DNA of 64,000 bases from Flectonema sp. DT1601 (GCA_964019425.1 OZ025793.1:372001-436000), one strand, 5' to 3'; positions 1 to 12,054 are shown, counted from the first letter of the stretch. A program made the numbers and translations. Notes: generated by a model from the letters alone, not told the origin.

Positions 1-1
1 A

Positions 2-2806
2 CTAGACATCCTCAGATCCTCACAGGACTCTGACATGCACGGTGTCTACAATGTTATTATGGAGAAATCGTCCAACTGGTCGAAAAAGTTTTCAGCTTCT
101 GCTGAGTGGGAGCGCCTTATTAAGTTTTTTTCTTACCGTTCTCTTGCGAAGCAATCAGCTGGTCTTGGTCACCGATTGCGCGATCTACGTACTACTCGCC
201 CCGATCTCCTTAAGCGTTTTGAAGTGGAAGCCACAGATGAACTACTGAACTCTTTGAATAAATTACAAGTCCAAGGTCAATGGAAGGAGTGGTCTAAATG
301 TATGATAAACGACTTCACCTGGAATAAGGTACTTAGGGAGGGAAATCCTGCCTATATCTCATTTCAACTGAAAGCGGTTACAAACACCCTCCCCTCACAA
401 GATAATTTAAAGAGGTGGAACATCACCAATGTGGACCAAAATTGTGTTTTGTGTGGCAAAGTGAATCCTACCCTCAGGCATGTCTTAACAGGCTGTCCTG
501 TCTCTTTAACACAAGGGAGGTTCACGTGGCGTCACGACAGCGTTCTAAAACGCATTGTTATCTTCTTGGAAGAGTTGATAATAAAAGCCAACAAAAGAAA
601 AGAAAACCTTCCGCCTCCCTCTCAAACTTTTTTAAAAACAGGGGAAAATAAACCCCTAGAAAGAATTTCTAAAGAGACAGGCGAACTTTCACTAGCGAAT
701 GATTGGGTCATCCTCGACGATGTCGGTGATAACCGCCTAATTGTTCCTCTTGAAGTGTGCCATGTCTCGTCCTCTCTAAGACCAGACATTTTTATTTATT
801 CTTTTTTTGCGAAAAGAGCACTGATTCTGGAGCTGACGTGTCCAAATGAAGATCGTTTCGAAACCTCTCATGTCTTAAAGGAAAAGAAATACCTAAAGCT
901 AAGAGACTCGATCATCGCTAATGGCTTCGACTGTAACATTTTTACTATTGAAGTTGGCGTACGAGGAAACATCTGCATGGACCAGCTGAACATCTGGACA
1001 CGTCACATCGGTTCACCTTTAGCACCAACAAAAGCTTTATTTTGTGAATGCACCAGAATCGCCAGACAGTGCTCATATGTTCTGTTCCAGACGAGGAACC
1101 TCCCCACGTGGCATTCAAGACCACTAATGCGCAGCATTAAAGAAGAACCTGCCACTGCAAGTTTTATAAAAGATGGTAAAGAAATCTTCCCTGTGGAAGA
1201 AGTCAAAATCCACAAAGTAACAAAACTGAAAACGATCGAAAAGCTCACCATTGAAAGATCGTGGCTTGAGAAATGTTTTATCTGGCAAACTTGTTACGCA
1301 TCGGCTCTTTCTATTCTACTTGTTGCCAATGGTTCTTCCTCCCCGGCCCCTTCTGTTTTGTTAGATGAGGATGAGCTCACTGGACTCTCCTTGTCATTCT
1401 CTTCTATTTCTTCCATCTCTTTCCAGACTCCCCCACCTGAACTCATGTCAACGGGATCGCAAACACTTCCTGCTGATTTCGCTATAGTGATAAGAACTCA
1501 ATCTGACATGGGTTCTCAAACCCCCTTGTACAAAAAAAAAGAAGGAAAATTAAGGCTGAAACTTTCCTTGAAATGCCAGATTTTAGAAAACGAATTAGAG
1601 CAAATGAAAGAACGAATTTTTTATGTTCTATTTTTATTTTACTTTAATGCGATGTCAGCCTCCCTCGAGAAAGACAAGCAGTTACTAAATGGATTACCTG
1701 TTGAGATCAAAGCTACCAACCAGGATCCATCCTCACTTCCTCCTGCACCCCCTGTTTTAATTATTGAAAAAGATAGAAAAGAATATGAACTTCTGGAAGG
1801 AGTAATTCAACGGTTAACAGCAGAACGCGATGAATCGAAGACTTCTCTTTCTGCACTAGTTCGACAATATGACTTAGTGGAAGATTACAGGAAACGTGAG
1901 CTCGCAAATCTGACTCAGAGAGCAGACCTATCGGAAATGGCGCTCTTTAATTACCATCAAAGGTTTGTTCTTCTGTCGAACGAATTGGAGACCAAATGTA
2001 ATGAGGAAAGAGAAAGTAAAATTAGACTTTTCTATACTCAACAGGAGGTCGAGAGTTTGCGTGCCGCGCGTCCCCGTATGACCCACTTTAGTCAACAAGT
2101 TTCCCCCCGAACCCCCGTTCTGTATGAATCTGTTGCTATGATGAAGATAGCAAAGAACTACCTCTCGCTCTTTACAACTACGAGTAGTCTTTTTACTCCT
2201 CTTATTAAACCCCTTATCCCTACCCTTAATTATATCACCCCTCTTTGTCCTCTAGCCTCAATTCCTCCGACAATGCCGCAGAGTGAAGCTCTCGACCGCA
2301 CGCCGACCAAGATTTTACGACAAGAGAGTCACGTTATCTCCGTTAAAGAGAATACACCTATTGCGAGACAATGGTCCGAGGGTAGGATTGACTTACTCGA
2401 GAACTACTGTCGAGCAGTAGATGACTCTCTCGAAACAAACGAGAAAGCGGCAGAGCTCTCAGAACAACTTCTGGATGCCCAACTTCGCCTCTCGGAGCTG
2501 AATCACCAACGGTGTACAACTCACGCAGAGCAGCTTGAGCAATCCATGATGTTAACGGGACTGGCGAGCGATTTAAATGCTCAACTCGCTTTGGCACGGT
2601 CTCAAATTGCGGCCCTGAAGTTCCAATTAGCTTCATGGGCAGAAGGTTTGAGTCCGCCAGACACAGAAGAACATGAGGAAAATGAAACTCCGCCGAGAAA
2701 GTCTGAGCGTTCAACTCTGAAAAAACGAACCCCTCCATCAAGATATCGTTACAATCGAAGGAGATGTTCTGCTGATGACGTTCACGGTGACTCCACCCCC
2801 TTGTAA
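2..2806 (+). CDS. RLE retrotransposon polyprotein, C-terminal part (post-RT region, CCHC zinc knuckle, endonuclease, long extension)
   Basis: The frame is open upstream of the ATG at 35 (LDILRSSQDSDM), so it is 5'-truncated by the window. Motifs: QGQW..W, ISFQLKAVTNTLPS.DNL.RW, CVLC-HVLTGC, GRFTWRHDSVL, RPDI...ELTCP.E...KEKKY, IEVGVRG. Confidence 0.85.
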   Translation, partial: LDILRSSQDSDMHGVYNVIMEKSSNWSKKFSASAEWERLIKFFSYRSLAKQSAGLGHRLRDLRTTRPDLLKRFEVEATDELLNSLNKLQVQGQWKEWSKCMINDFTWNKVLREGNPAYISFQLKAVTNTLPSQDNLKRWNITNVDQNCVLCGKVNPTLRHVLTGCPVSLTQGRFTWRHDSVLKRIVIFLEELIIKANKRKENLPPPSQTFLKTGENKPLERISKETGELSLANDWVILDDVGDNRLIVPLEVCHVSSSLRPDIFIYSFFAKRALILELTCPNEDRFETSHVLKEKKYLKLRDSIIANGFDCNIFTIEVGVRGNICMDQLNIWTRHIGSPLAPTKALFCECTRIARQCSYVLFQTRNLPTWHSRPLMRSIKEEPATASFIKDGKEIFPVEEVKIHKVTKLKTIEKLTIERSWLEKCFIWQTCYASALSILLVANGSSSPAPSVLLDEDELTGLSLSFSSISSISFQTPPPELMSTGSQTLPADFAIVIRTQSDMGSQTPLYKKKEGKLRLKLSLKCQILENELEQMKERIFYVLFLFYFNAMSASLEKDKQLLNGLPVEIKATNQDPSSLPPAPPVLIIEKDRKEYELLEGVIQRLTAERDESKTSLSALVRQYDLVEDYRKRELANLTQRADLSEMALFNYHQRFVLLSNELETKCNEERESKIRLFYTQQEVESLRAARPRMTHFSQQVSPRTPVLYESVAMMKIAKNYLSLFTTTSSLFTPLIKPLIPTLNYITPLCPLASIPPTMPQSEALDRTPTKILRQESHVISVKENTPIARQWSEGRIDLLENYCRAVDDSLETNEKAAELSEQLLDAQLRLSELNHQRCTTHAEQLEQSMMLTGLASDLNAQLALARSQIAALKFQLASWAEGLSPPDTEEHEENETPPRKSERSTLKKRTPPSRYRYNRRRCSADDVHGDSTPL

Positions 2807-3018
2807 TTCTCTTTTTCCTTACTTTCACATCACTTTGTTTATTTAGTTTTTTAGCTTATTTATTATTTATTGTTCGTTTTTGTTTGTATTATTTTATCGA
2901 TATGTTTATGTCCGTCAGATCATAACGTTAATCAGGTTAATTGTTAATTGTTAATTATAAATGGTCTAAACCCCAATCCAAGTTCCCAAGGCTTGGCATA
3001 GATTTGAGTGACGCCTTA

Positions 3019-3056
3019 CTGGCCTCCTCATCCTCTATGAGTGGTGAGGGGGCCAG
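3019..3056 (+). other. GC-rich stem-loop in the retroelement 3' UTR
   Basis: CTGGCCTCCTCA...TGAGGGGGCCAG pairs with G-U allowed, plus an inner CTC/GAG stem. An inverted copy sits at about 10610-10647. Confidence 0.65.
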
Positions 3057-3140
3057 CAATGGTTTTTTTTTTTTTCTCTTATTTCTTTTTTTCTTTTTCT
3101 TTTACTCTAATATGAAATATTTTTGAACAAAATGTGATTA

Positions 3141-3172
<32 letters not shown>

Positions 3173-3300
3173 TGTAAATGAATAATAAAAAAAAAAAAAA
3201 AAAAAAATCATGCCTTGGGAATACAACCAAAGCCCCAATTAATCGGTCCTTTCTTTTTTCCTTCTTGTCAAGTGATCGCTCCACTCGTCGATCACCAAAA

Positions 3301-3723
3301 CCGATTGTATTTATATCTGTTCTTTTCTCAACGATCGGCTATACCGATCATTTTTTTTAAAAATAATTGTTTTCTTCTTCTCGACGATCAGATCCAATTG
3401 ATCGACCTTTTCTTTTTTTTTCCTTTATTCCTTCCATCCCTCCCGCTCCCCTTATTTTAATAAAAACAAGATCAGCTCAGCTTGATCGTTAAACTTTTTT
3501 TATTTATTTATTTTTTTTTTTTATTTATTTAAACTGATTGTATTTATATCTGGTTATTTTTCTCAACGATCGGCTATGCCGATCGACCTTTAAAATAATT
3601 GTCTTCTTCTTCTCGACGACCAGATCCAATTGATCGACCTTTTCTTTTTTTTTCCCTTTATTCCTTCCATCCCTCCCGCTCCCCTTATTTTAATAAAAAC
3701 AAGATCAGCTCAGCTTGATCGTT
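3301..3723 (+). repeat. Two-copy tandem duplication, ~235-bp period
   Basis: GATTGTATTTATATCTG...CTCAACGATCGGCTA...AAGATCAGCTCAGCTTGATCGTT occurs twice. Confidence 0.85.
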
Positions 3724-3740
3724 ATTTATTTATTTATTTA

Positions 3741-3771
<31 letters not shown>

Positions 3772-4020
3772 GTTGGTCCTAGTCAAGACCTTAAACTGAC
3801 TAATCGGTCTTAACTTTAACTAAGTGAATGAACCCTTTCCGTTTTCCTTTTCCCTTTATTACTCTCTATCTGGTCTGTTATGTCATAAATCTCATTTAAT
3901 TTTATCATTCATTTTAATTTTCACTGTTTCCCATCTACATTTTATTTTCAAATAGTTCCGGTCTGTCTCTGATGATAAATTAAACTGATCATGTTAACTC
4001 AATTTTTTTTTTATTATGTG

Positions 4021-4121
4021 CAAGAGATACCAACACGCAAGAGATACCAACGCACATACGAGATACCAGCACTTCCGAGATACCGACACACAAGAGATAC
4101 CAAGACACTTAAGATACCAGC
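4021..4121 (+). repeat. Array of six AGATACC motifs at about 15-21 bp spacing
   Basis: gagataccaac, gagataccaac, gagataccagc, gagataccgac, gagataccaag, aagataccagc. Confidence 0.8.
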
Positions 4122-4429
4122 AAGGACAGTGAGAGGTAGAATGAACTCTCCTCCTTGTGTCCGATCCTGATTATTTTTTGTTGAATTGGTAGTGTTACCT
4201 CATTTTGCTACTCTCGTATCTGTGTTGTGTTAACTCATGTAAGTGATCTTAACTCCTGTTAAATAAAAAAAAAAAAATTTCAAAAAAAAAGAAATTAAAA
4301 AAGAAGAATTTTCAAATGAAGTTTTATCAACCCCTGCCACCCATTATGATCAATTCCGCTTGTTTTTTTTTTTTTCTTTTTTCTTCTTTCTTTTCTTCAA
4401 ATATAAAAAAAAATTAAAAAATATAAAAG

Positions 4430-7400
4430 ATGAAACAATGTTATCATTGTTTTTTTTATCGATCGACTATGTCGATTACTTCCAGTTTTCCGTCCTGGTC
4501 AAGACGCTAAACTGATTGTTTTTTTTTTTTTTTTTTTTTAAAAAATTAATAAAAAGAATATATTAAAAAAAAAAAAAAAAAGAATAAACAATGTTATCAT
4601 TGTTTTTTTTTTTATCGTTCGACTCTGTCGACTAATTTCTATTTTCCGTTTCTTTTCTTTAAATAATAAATAAAAAGAATTTAAAATAAAAAAAAGGAAT
4701 AAACAATGTTATCATTGTTTTTTTATCGATCGACTATGTCGATTACTTTCTATTTTCCGTCCTGGTCAAGACGCTAAACTGATTGTTTTTTTTTCAAAAT
4801 TAATAAAAAAGAATATTAAAAAAAAAAAAAAAAAAAAAAAAGAATAAACAATGTTATCATTGTTTTTTTTTATTGTTCGACTTTGTTGACTAATTTCTAT
4901 TTTCCGTTTTTTTTCTTTAAAAAATAAATAAAAAGAATTTAAAATAAAAAAAAAGAATAAACAATGTTATCATTGTTTTTTTATCGATCGACTATGTCGA
5001 TCACTTTCTATTTTCCGTCCTGGTCAAGACGCTAAACTGATTGTTTTTTTTTCAAAATTAATAAAAAAGAATATAAAAAAAAAAAAAAAAAAAAAAAGAA
5101 TAAACAATGTTATCATTGTTTTTTTTATCGTTCGACTTTGTTGACTAATTTCTATTTTCTGTTTTTTTTTCTTTAAAAAAAAAATAAATAAAAAGAATTT
5201 AAAATAAAAAAAAAGAATAAACAATGTTATCATTGTTTTTTTATCGATCGACTATGTCGATCACTTTCTATTTTCCGTCCTGGTCAAGACGCTAAACTGA
5301 TTGTTTTTTTTTCAAAATTAATAAAAAAGAATATAAAAAAAAAAAAAAAAAAAAGAATAAACAATGTTATCATTGTTTTTTTTTTTATCGTTCGACTTTG
5401 TCGACTAATTTCTATTTTCCGTTTCTTTTCTTTAAAGAATAAATAAAAAGAATTTAAAATAAAAAAAAAAAGAATAAACAATGTTATCATTGTTTTTTTT
5501 ATCGATCGACTATGTCGATCACTTTCTATTTTCCGTCCTGGTCAAGACGCTAAACTGATTGTTTTTTTTTTTCAAAATTAATAAAAAAGAATATAAAAAA
5601 ATACAAAAAAAAGAATAAACAATGTTATCATTGTTTTTTTTATCGTTCGACTTTGTCGACTAATTTCTATTTTCCGTTTTTTTTCTTTAAAAAATAAATA
5701 AAAAGAATTTAAAATAAAAAAAAAGAATAAACAATGTTATCATTGTTTTTTTTATCGATCGACTATGTCGATCACTTTCTATTTTCCGTCCTGGTCAAGA
5801 CGCTAAACTGATTGTTTTTTTTTCAAAATTAATAAAAAAAAAAAAAAAAAAAAAAGAATAAACAATGTTATCATTGTTTTTTTTATCGTTCGACTTTGTT
5901 GACTAATTTCTATTTTCCGTTTTTTTTCTTTAAAAAATAAATAAAAAGATTTTAAATAAAAAAAAAGAATAAACAATGTTACCATTGTTTTTTTATCGAT
6001 CGACTATGTCGATCACTTTCTATTTTCCGTCCTGGTCAAGACGCTAAACTGATTGTTTTTTTTTTCAAAATTAATAAAAAAGAATATAAGAAAAAAAAAA
6101 AAAAAGAATAAACAATGTTATCATTGTTTTTTTTTATCGTTCGACTTTGTCGACTAATTTCTATTTTCCGTTTCTTTTCTTTAAAGAATAAATAAAAAGA
6201 ATTTAAAATAAAAAAAAAGAATAAACAATGTTATCATTGTTTTTTTATCGATCGACTATGTCGATCACTTTCTATTTTCCGTCCTGGTCAAGACGCTAAA
6301 CTGATTGTTTTTTTTTTTTCAAAATTAATAAAAAAGAATATAAAAAAAAAAAAAAAAAAGGAAAAACAATGTTATCATTGTTTTTTTTTTATCGTTCGAC
6401 TTTGTCGACTAATTTCTATTTTCCGTTTCTTTTCTTTAAAGAATAAATAAAAAGAATTTAAAATAAAAAAAAAGAATAAACAATGTTATCATTGTTTTTT
6501 TTTGTCGATCGACTATGTCGATCACTTTCTATTTTCCGTCCTGGTCAAGACGCTAAACTGATTGTTTTTTTTTTTCAAATTAATAAAAAAGAATATAAAA
6601 AAATACAAAAAAAAGAATAAACAATGTTATCATTGTTTTTTTTATCGTTCGACTTTGTCGACTAATTTCTATTTTCCGTTTTTTTTTTTCTCTTTAAAAA
6701 ATAAATAAAAAGAATCTAAAATAAAAAAAAAGAATAAACAATGTTATCATTGTTTTTTTATCGATCGACTATGTCGATCACTTTCTATTTTCCGTCCTGG
6801 TCAAGACGCTAAACTGATTGTTTTATTTTTTTTTTCAAAATTAATAAAAAAGAATATTAAAAAAAATACAAAAAAAAAAAGAATAAACAATGTTATCATT
6901 GTTTTTTTTTTTATCGTTCGACTTTGTCGACTAATTTCTATTTTCCGTTTTTTTTCTTTAAAAAATAAATAAAAAGAATTTAAAATAAAAAAAAAGAATA
7001 AACAATGTTATCATTGTTTTTTTTTATCGATCGACTATGTCGATTACTTTCTATTTTCCGTCCTGGTCAAGACGCTAAACTGATTGTTTTTTTTTTCAAA
7101 ATAAAAAAAATATTAAAAAAAAAAAATAAAAAAAAAGAATAAACAATGTTATCATTGTTTTTTTTTTTATCGTTCGACTTTGTTGACTAATTTCTATTTC
7201 CGTTTTTTTTCTTTAAAAAATAAATAAAAAGAATTTAAAAAAAAAAAAAAAAAAAAGAATAAACAATGTTATCATTGTTTTTTTTTATCGATCGACTATG
7301 TCGATTACTTTCTATTTTCCGTCCTGGTCAAGACGCTAAACTGATTGTTTTTTTTTCAAAATAAAAAAAATATTAAAAAAAAAAAAATAAAAAAAAGAAT

Positions 7401-8420
7401 AAACAATGTTATCATTGTTTTTTTTTATCGTTCGACTTTGTTGACTAATTTCTATTTTCCGTTTTTTTTCTTTAAAAAATAAATAAAAAGAATTTAAAAA
7501 AAAAAAAAAAAAAAGAATAAACAATGTTATCATTGTTTTTTTTATCGATCGACTATGTCGATTACTTTCTATTTTCCGTCCTGGTCAAGACGCTAAACTG
7601 ATTGTTTTTTTTTCAAAATAAAAAAAAAATATTAAAAAAAAAAAATAAAAAAAAAGAATAAACAATGTTATCATTGTTTTTTTTTATCGTTCGACTTTGT
7701 TGACTAATTTCTATTTTCCGTTTTTTTTCTTTAAAAAATTAATAAAAAGAATTTAAAAAAAAAAAAAAAAAAAAAAAGAATAAACAATGTTATCATTGTT
7801 TTTTTTATCGATCGACTATGTCGATTACTTTCTATTTTCCGTCCTGGTCAAGACGCTAAACTGATTGTTTTTTTTTTCAAAATTAATAAAAAAGAATATA
7901 AAAAAATAAAAAAAAAAAGAATAAACAATGTTATCATTGTGTTTTTTTTATCGTTCGACTTTGTTGACTAATTTCTATTTTCCATTTTTTTTTTCTTTTT
8001 AAAAAATAAATAAAAAGAATTAAAAAAAAAAAAAAAAAAAAGAATAAACAATGTTATCATTGTTTTTTTTTATCGATCGACTATGTCGATTACTTTCTAT
8101 TTTCCGTCCTGGTCAGGACGCTAAACTGATTGTTTTTTCTTTAAAAATAAATAAAAAGAATAAAAAAAAAAAAAAGGAATAAACAATGTTATCATTGTTT
8201 TTTTTTATCGATCGACTATGTCGATTACTTACTATTTTCCGTCCTGGTCAAGACGCTAAACTGATTGTTTTTTCTTTAAAATAATTAAAAAGATTTAAAA
8301 AAAAAAAAAAAAAAAAAAAATGAATAAACAATGTTATCATTGTTTTTTTTTCTATCGATCAACTATGTCGATTAATTTCTATTTTCCGTCCTGATCGAGA
8401 CGCTAAACTGATTGTTTCCT
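4430..8420 (+). repeat. Tandem satellite with a ~255-bp dimeric unit (about 17 copies of the core motif)
   Basis: GTCCTGGTCAAGACGCTAAACTGATTG recurs about every 255 bp. Each unit has two AACAATGTTATCATTGTT palindromes. Variation is mostly in homopolymer length. Confidence 0.95.
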
Positions 8421-8584
8421 TTTTTTAAATAATAAATAAGAAAAAAAAAAAAAAAAAAAAAAAAAGAGCATCTCCCTGCTATCCCTCATATCCCCACAAT
8501 AATATTATACCTTTTCATTTTCTCTTTCCTTTTCTGGTCTTTTTTTTTTCTTTTTTTTCCTTTTTCATACAACGTTTTTTATTT

Positions 8585-8615
<31 letters not shown>

Positions 8616-8871
8616 ATGTTTGATTATTTCCTCTTCATTTTTTTTTTCTTTTCTTTTCTTTCTTTTTTTTTTTTTTTCCTCTGCCTCTCTCTTAATTCTG
8701 TTCGTTTCTTTGAAACGAAAATTCATTTGAATATTATTCCTTGGTCAGCAACCATCATTGTCGCCCTTTGGGCCTGTTAAAAAAAAAATAAAAATAAAAA
8801 GAAAGTTTACATCGGGAATAGGGCAGGAGCCAAAAGCTCCCAGTCCGTTACTTCCCACTTTATCGAAATTC
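8421..8871 (+). repeat. Terminal segment of noncoding element A, ending in a hairpin and GAAATTC
   Basis: Near-identical copies end at 12707 (+), 18167 (+), ~13882 (-) and 20365 (-). A further partial copy lies at ~22236-23055 (-). Confidence 0.85.
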
Positions 8872-10292
8872 CCAATGCTACCTGTTGTACTTGCTCACTA
8901 TGGGGGGTGATGCCAAACACCCAGAAGTACTAAACTGCTTTCCTTCTTGCTGCCCAGGAGTTTCTGACCAGAACTAATAGAAAATAAAAAGTAGATGGGA
9001 AACAATAAAAAGTAAAATGGATATAACTGAAGTTAAACAAGACAAATGAAGTAACAGATCAGAACAGAAAGAGAATTGTAATAGAAGATTACAAATAAAA
9101 AAATGCAAGTATCAACACATGATCAAGATACACCAGCAGCTAACAAACAACATAAAATTGAAGATCAGTTGCCAGAGTATTTCAACCATGGTAGAATACT
9201 CGCCCCTCTGGCAGGGATTATCCCAGACTTGTCCTTTAATCTAGTTGGACACCATGGCTTACAACCCTTCCAGAGGGAAGCACCATTATGACTTCTATTT
9301 TTTTTCTTCAAGAAAATCATAAGGTGGGAACAAAGAAAAATGCTAAGAGGAACCCCCTATTAACACCTAAGACATCTAAACTGCAGCCCAGCCTATGCCC
9401 AATGCACTAACAGGTCATTCCCTCACACTCAGATCAAAAAATCAAAGTTCAGAGTGCATCTTAGCGTGAATGAGAGAATTTCCTCCCGCTTATTTTGAAC
9501 AAAAGGGATAGGAGAAGGGATAGAAAACGAACATAACAATAAAATTCTAAGTGAGAAACACTTAGCAGAAACACTTAGCAGTTTTTAGGAGCTGAAAAGC
9601 AAAAAAAAAATCTAAGTGAGAAACACTTAGTAGAAACAATTTGTAGCTAATTAAGCTGAAAATAAAAAAATAAAAAATTTCTAAGTGAGAAATACTTAGC
9701 AACTTTTAGAACAAATATTTCAGTAAATAACCTGTAATGATTAAACCATTACAAGTTTGATGCCAAAACTGACAAGGACTGAGTTGAATTTCCAGGTGAG
9801 ATTTGGACTGTTAGCTTTTGGCTAAGGCCCTCCCTGAAGAGCAAGAACAAAAAAACTACTCACACCTGAAGAAAACATACACAAAGAACACACTGTAAGC
9901 TGTGTGTATTTTGTGTTTGTCACAACAGGAGAGAAAAGAAAGAATGTCAAGGTTGGTCACCTTGCCTATCAACGCACAACATTGGTGGTCTCTACTAGAC
10001 CCTGAGTGATCCCACTGGATCTCTCATCGTTCATAGTACCTATGTGAAGTTATAAAATCAAAGGTAAACTATGAACTACAAATGACTTAGCCTGTTATTA
10101 TAATGCCACAGGCAGGCCCTGCATTCAGCAACTATCCAGCAGTGCTTGGATGTCCTGATCTTCTTCTAAAAAAAAAGAAAGAAAAACAAAACTGTAGCTG
10201 GGATCACTCAGGATCAACAGACTACCAATGCTACCTGTTGTACTTGCTCACTATGGGGGGTGATGCCAAACACCCAGAAGTACTAAACTGCT
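8872..10292 (+). repeat. Repeat B, ~1.35-kb unit, slightly more than one copy
   Basis: 8872-8939 is repeated at about 10225-10292. There are internal TCTAAGTGAGAAA(C/T)ACTTAG subrepeats and no convincing ORF. Confidence 0.9.
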
Positions 10293-10735
10293 AGAAAACA
10301 ATTATTTTTAAAAAAAATGATCGGTATAGCCGATCGTTGAGAAAAGAACAGATATAAATACAATCGGTTTTGGTGATCGACGAGTGGAGCGATCACTTGA
10401 CAAGAAGGAAAAAAGAAAGGACCGATTAATTGGGGCTTTGGTTGTATTCCCAAGGCATGTTTTTTTTTTTTTTTTTTTTTTATTATTCATTTACATTTTT
10501 TTTTTTTTTTTTTTAAATTAATAATCACATTTTGTTCAAAAATATTTCATATTAGAGTAAAAGATAAAGAAAAAAAGAAATAAGAGAAAAAAAAAAAAAA
10601 AAACCATTGCTGGCCCCCTCACCACTCATAGAGGATGAGGAGGCCAGTAAGGCGTCACTCAAATCTATGCCAAGCCTTGGGAACTTGGATTGGGGTTTAG
10701 ACCATTTACAATTAACAGTTGACAATTAATCTGAT
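10293..10735 (-). repeat. Inverted copy of about 2930-3372 (retroelement 3' UTR, poly(A) and downstream flank)
   Basis: Reverse-complement match; ORF-track peptides 3178..3360(+) and 10308..10490(-) are near-identical. Confidence 0.92.
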
Positions 10736-11459
10736 GAACAATGTTATCATTGTTTTTTTTTCATCGATCGACTATGTCGATTACTTTCTATTTTCCGTCC
10801 TGGTCAAGACGCTAAACTGATTGTTTTTTTTTTCAAAATTAATAAAAAAGAATATAAAAAAAAACAAAAACAAAAAGAATAAACAATGTTATCATTGTTG
10901 TTTTTTATCGTTCGACTTTGTCGACTAATTTTTATTTTCCGTTTTTTTTTCTTTAAAAATAAATAAAAAGAATTTAAAAAAAAAAAAAAAAAAAAAGAAT
11001 AAACAATGTTATCATTGTTTTTTTATCGATCGACTATGTCGATCACTTTCTATTTTCCGTCCTGGTCAAGACGCTAAACTGATTGTTTTTTCTTTAAAAT
11101 AATAAAAAGGATTAAAAAAAAAAAAAAAAAAAAAAAGAATAAACAATGTTATCATTGTTTTTTATCGATCGACTATGTCGATCACTTTCTATTTTCCGTC
11201 CTGGTCAAGACGCTAAACTGATTGTTTTTTCTTTAAAAAATAATTAAAAGGTTAAAAAAAAAAAAAAAAAAAAAAAATGATTAATCAATGTTATCATTGT
11301 TTTTTTATCGATCGACTATGTCGATCACTTTCAATTTTCCGTCCTGGTCAGGACGCTAAACTGATTGTTTTTTCTTTAAAAATAAATGAAAAGAATAAAA
11401 AAAAAAAAAAAAAAAAGGAATAAACAATGTTATCATTGTTTTTTTTTTATCGATCGACT
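10736..11459 (+). repeat. Second block of the hairpin satellite
   Basis: Same motifs as 4430-8420. Confidence 0.92.
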
Positions 11460-12054
11460 GGTATCTTTTTATTTTTTTTATTTAAAGAAAAAAGCAGGCT
11501 AAGTCGCCTGAGCTGGCATCGCCAGAATATTTAACTTCACATGGCAATGTCAGCTCGTGAAGGGATCCAGTTGGATCAAAGGTTTTCTCCCCCCCCACTC
11601 TATTTATCGTCATTGGTGCGCACCTTCGAACAGGAAGGCCAACACTGACGGAATTTTTTACTTCTCTTCCCAGGGTTGAACCTTGGGAAAAAAACAAACA
11701 ATAAACACAGTGTAGACAAACACCCGCCGGACATCTGCAGAGCAGCGATCGATGTCGATGTCTTCGTTGTCGAACTTCCTGGCGTTTATGTTTTTGTTTT
11801 TAACAACAACACAACACCAACTAACAGGTTTGTCTCATTGCCCGTTCTTTCTTGTTTCCCTTTGCCGCCGGAAGAACGAAGGTCGACGGAGGTCCGAAGC
11901 ATTGCTTGCGATGATGTTCCGGTATGTGTTGCGTCTCTGTTATTTGTTTGTTTCAACTCAATTGGTTCATCTCAGGTTTTAGAAGTCTTCGTCCTGTTCG
12001 TTGGGAAGGGCCTGAATCAAAAGTTCACTGCCCCTATTCCTCTCCCAAATTTCT
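11460..12054 (-). pseudogene. Unique island, probably a captured gene fragment with short GT-AG introns
   Basis: GC-richer exon-like blocks alternate on the minus strand with GT...AG segments at about 11825-11779 and 11723-11682. Product not recognised. Confidence 0.35.

Larger units (their letters stand above)
1..3172 (+). mobile_element. 3' part of a non-LTR retrotransposon of the restriction-like endonuclease (RLE) group, HERO-like; 5' end lies outside the window
   Basis: ORF with CCHC knuckle and PD-(D/E)xK endonuclease, then an AT-rich 3' UTR, a GC-rich stem-loop and a poly(A) tract at 3148-3172. Confidence 0.85.

Noticed and set aside
5024..7533. Short Phe/Lys-rich ORFs here and in intergenic regions
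   Set aside because: Translations of poly(A)/poly(T) runs.
4430..8420. CRISPR-like regular repeats
   Set aside because: The intervening sequences are themselves repeated, differing only in homopolymer length. No cas genes, and the context is eukaryotic.
8872..10292. Repeat B as an SL RNA or 5S rRNA gene unit
   Set aside because: Only an 11-nt AGCTACAGTTT match on the minus strand. No full SL exon followed by GT and no 5S sequence seen.
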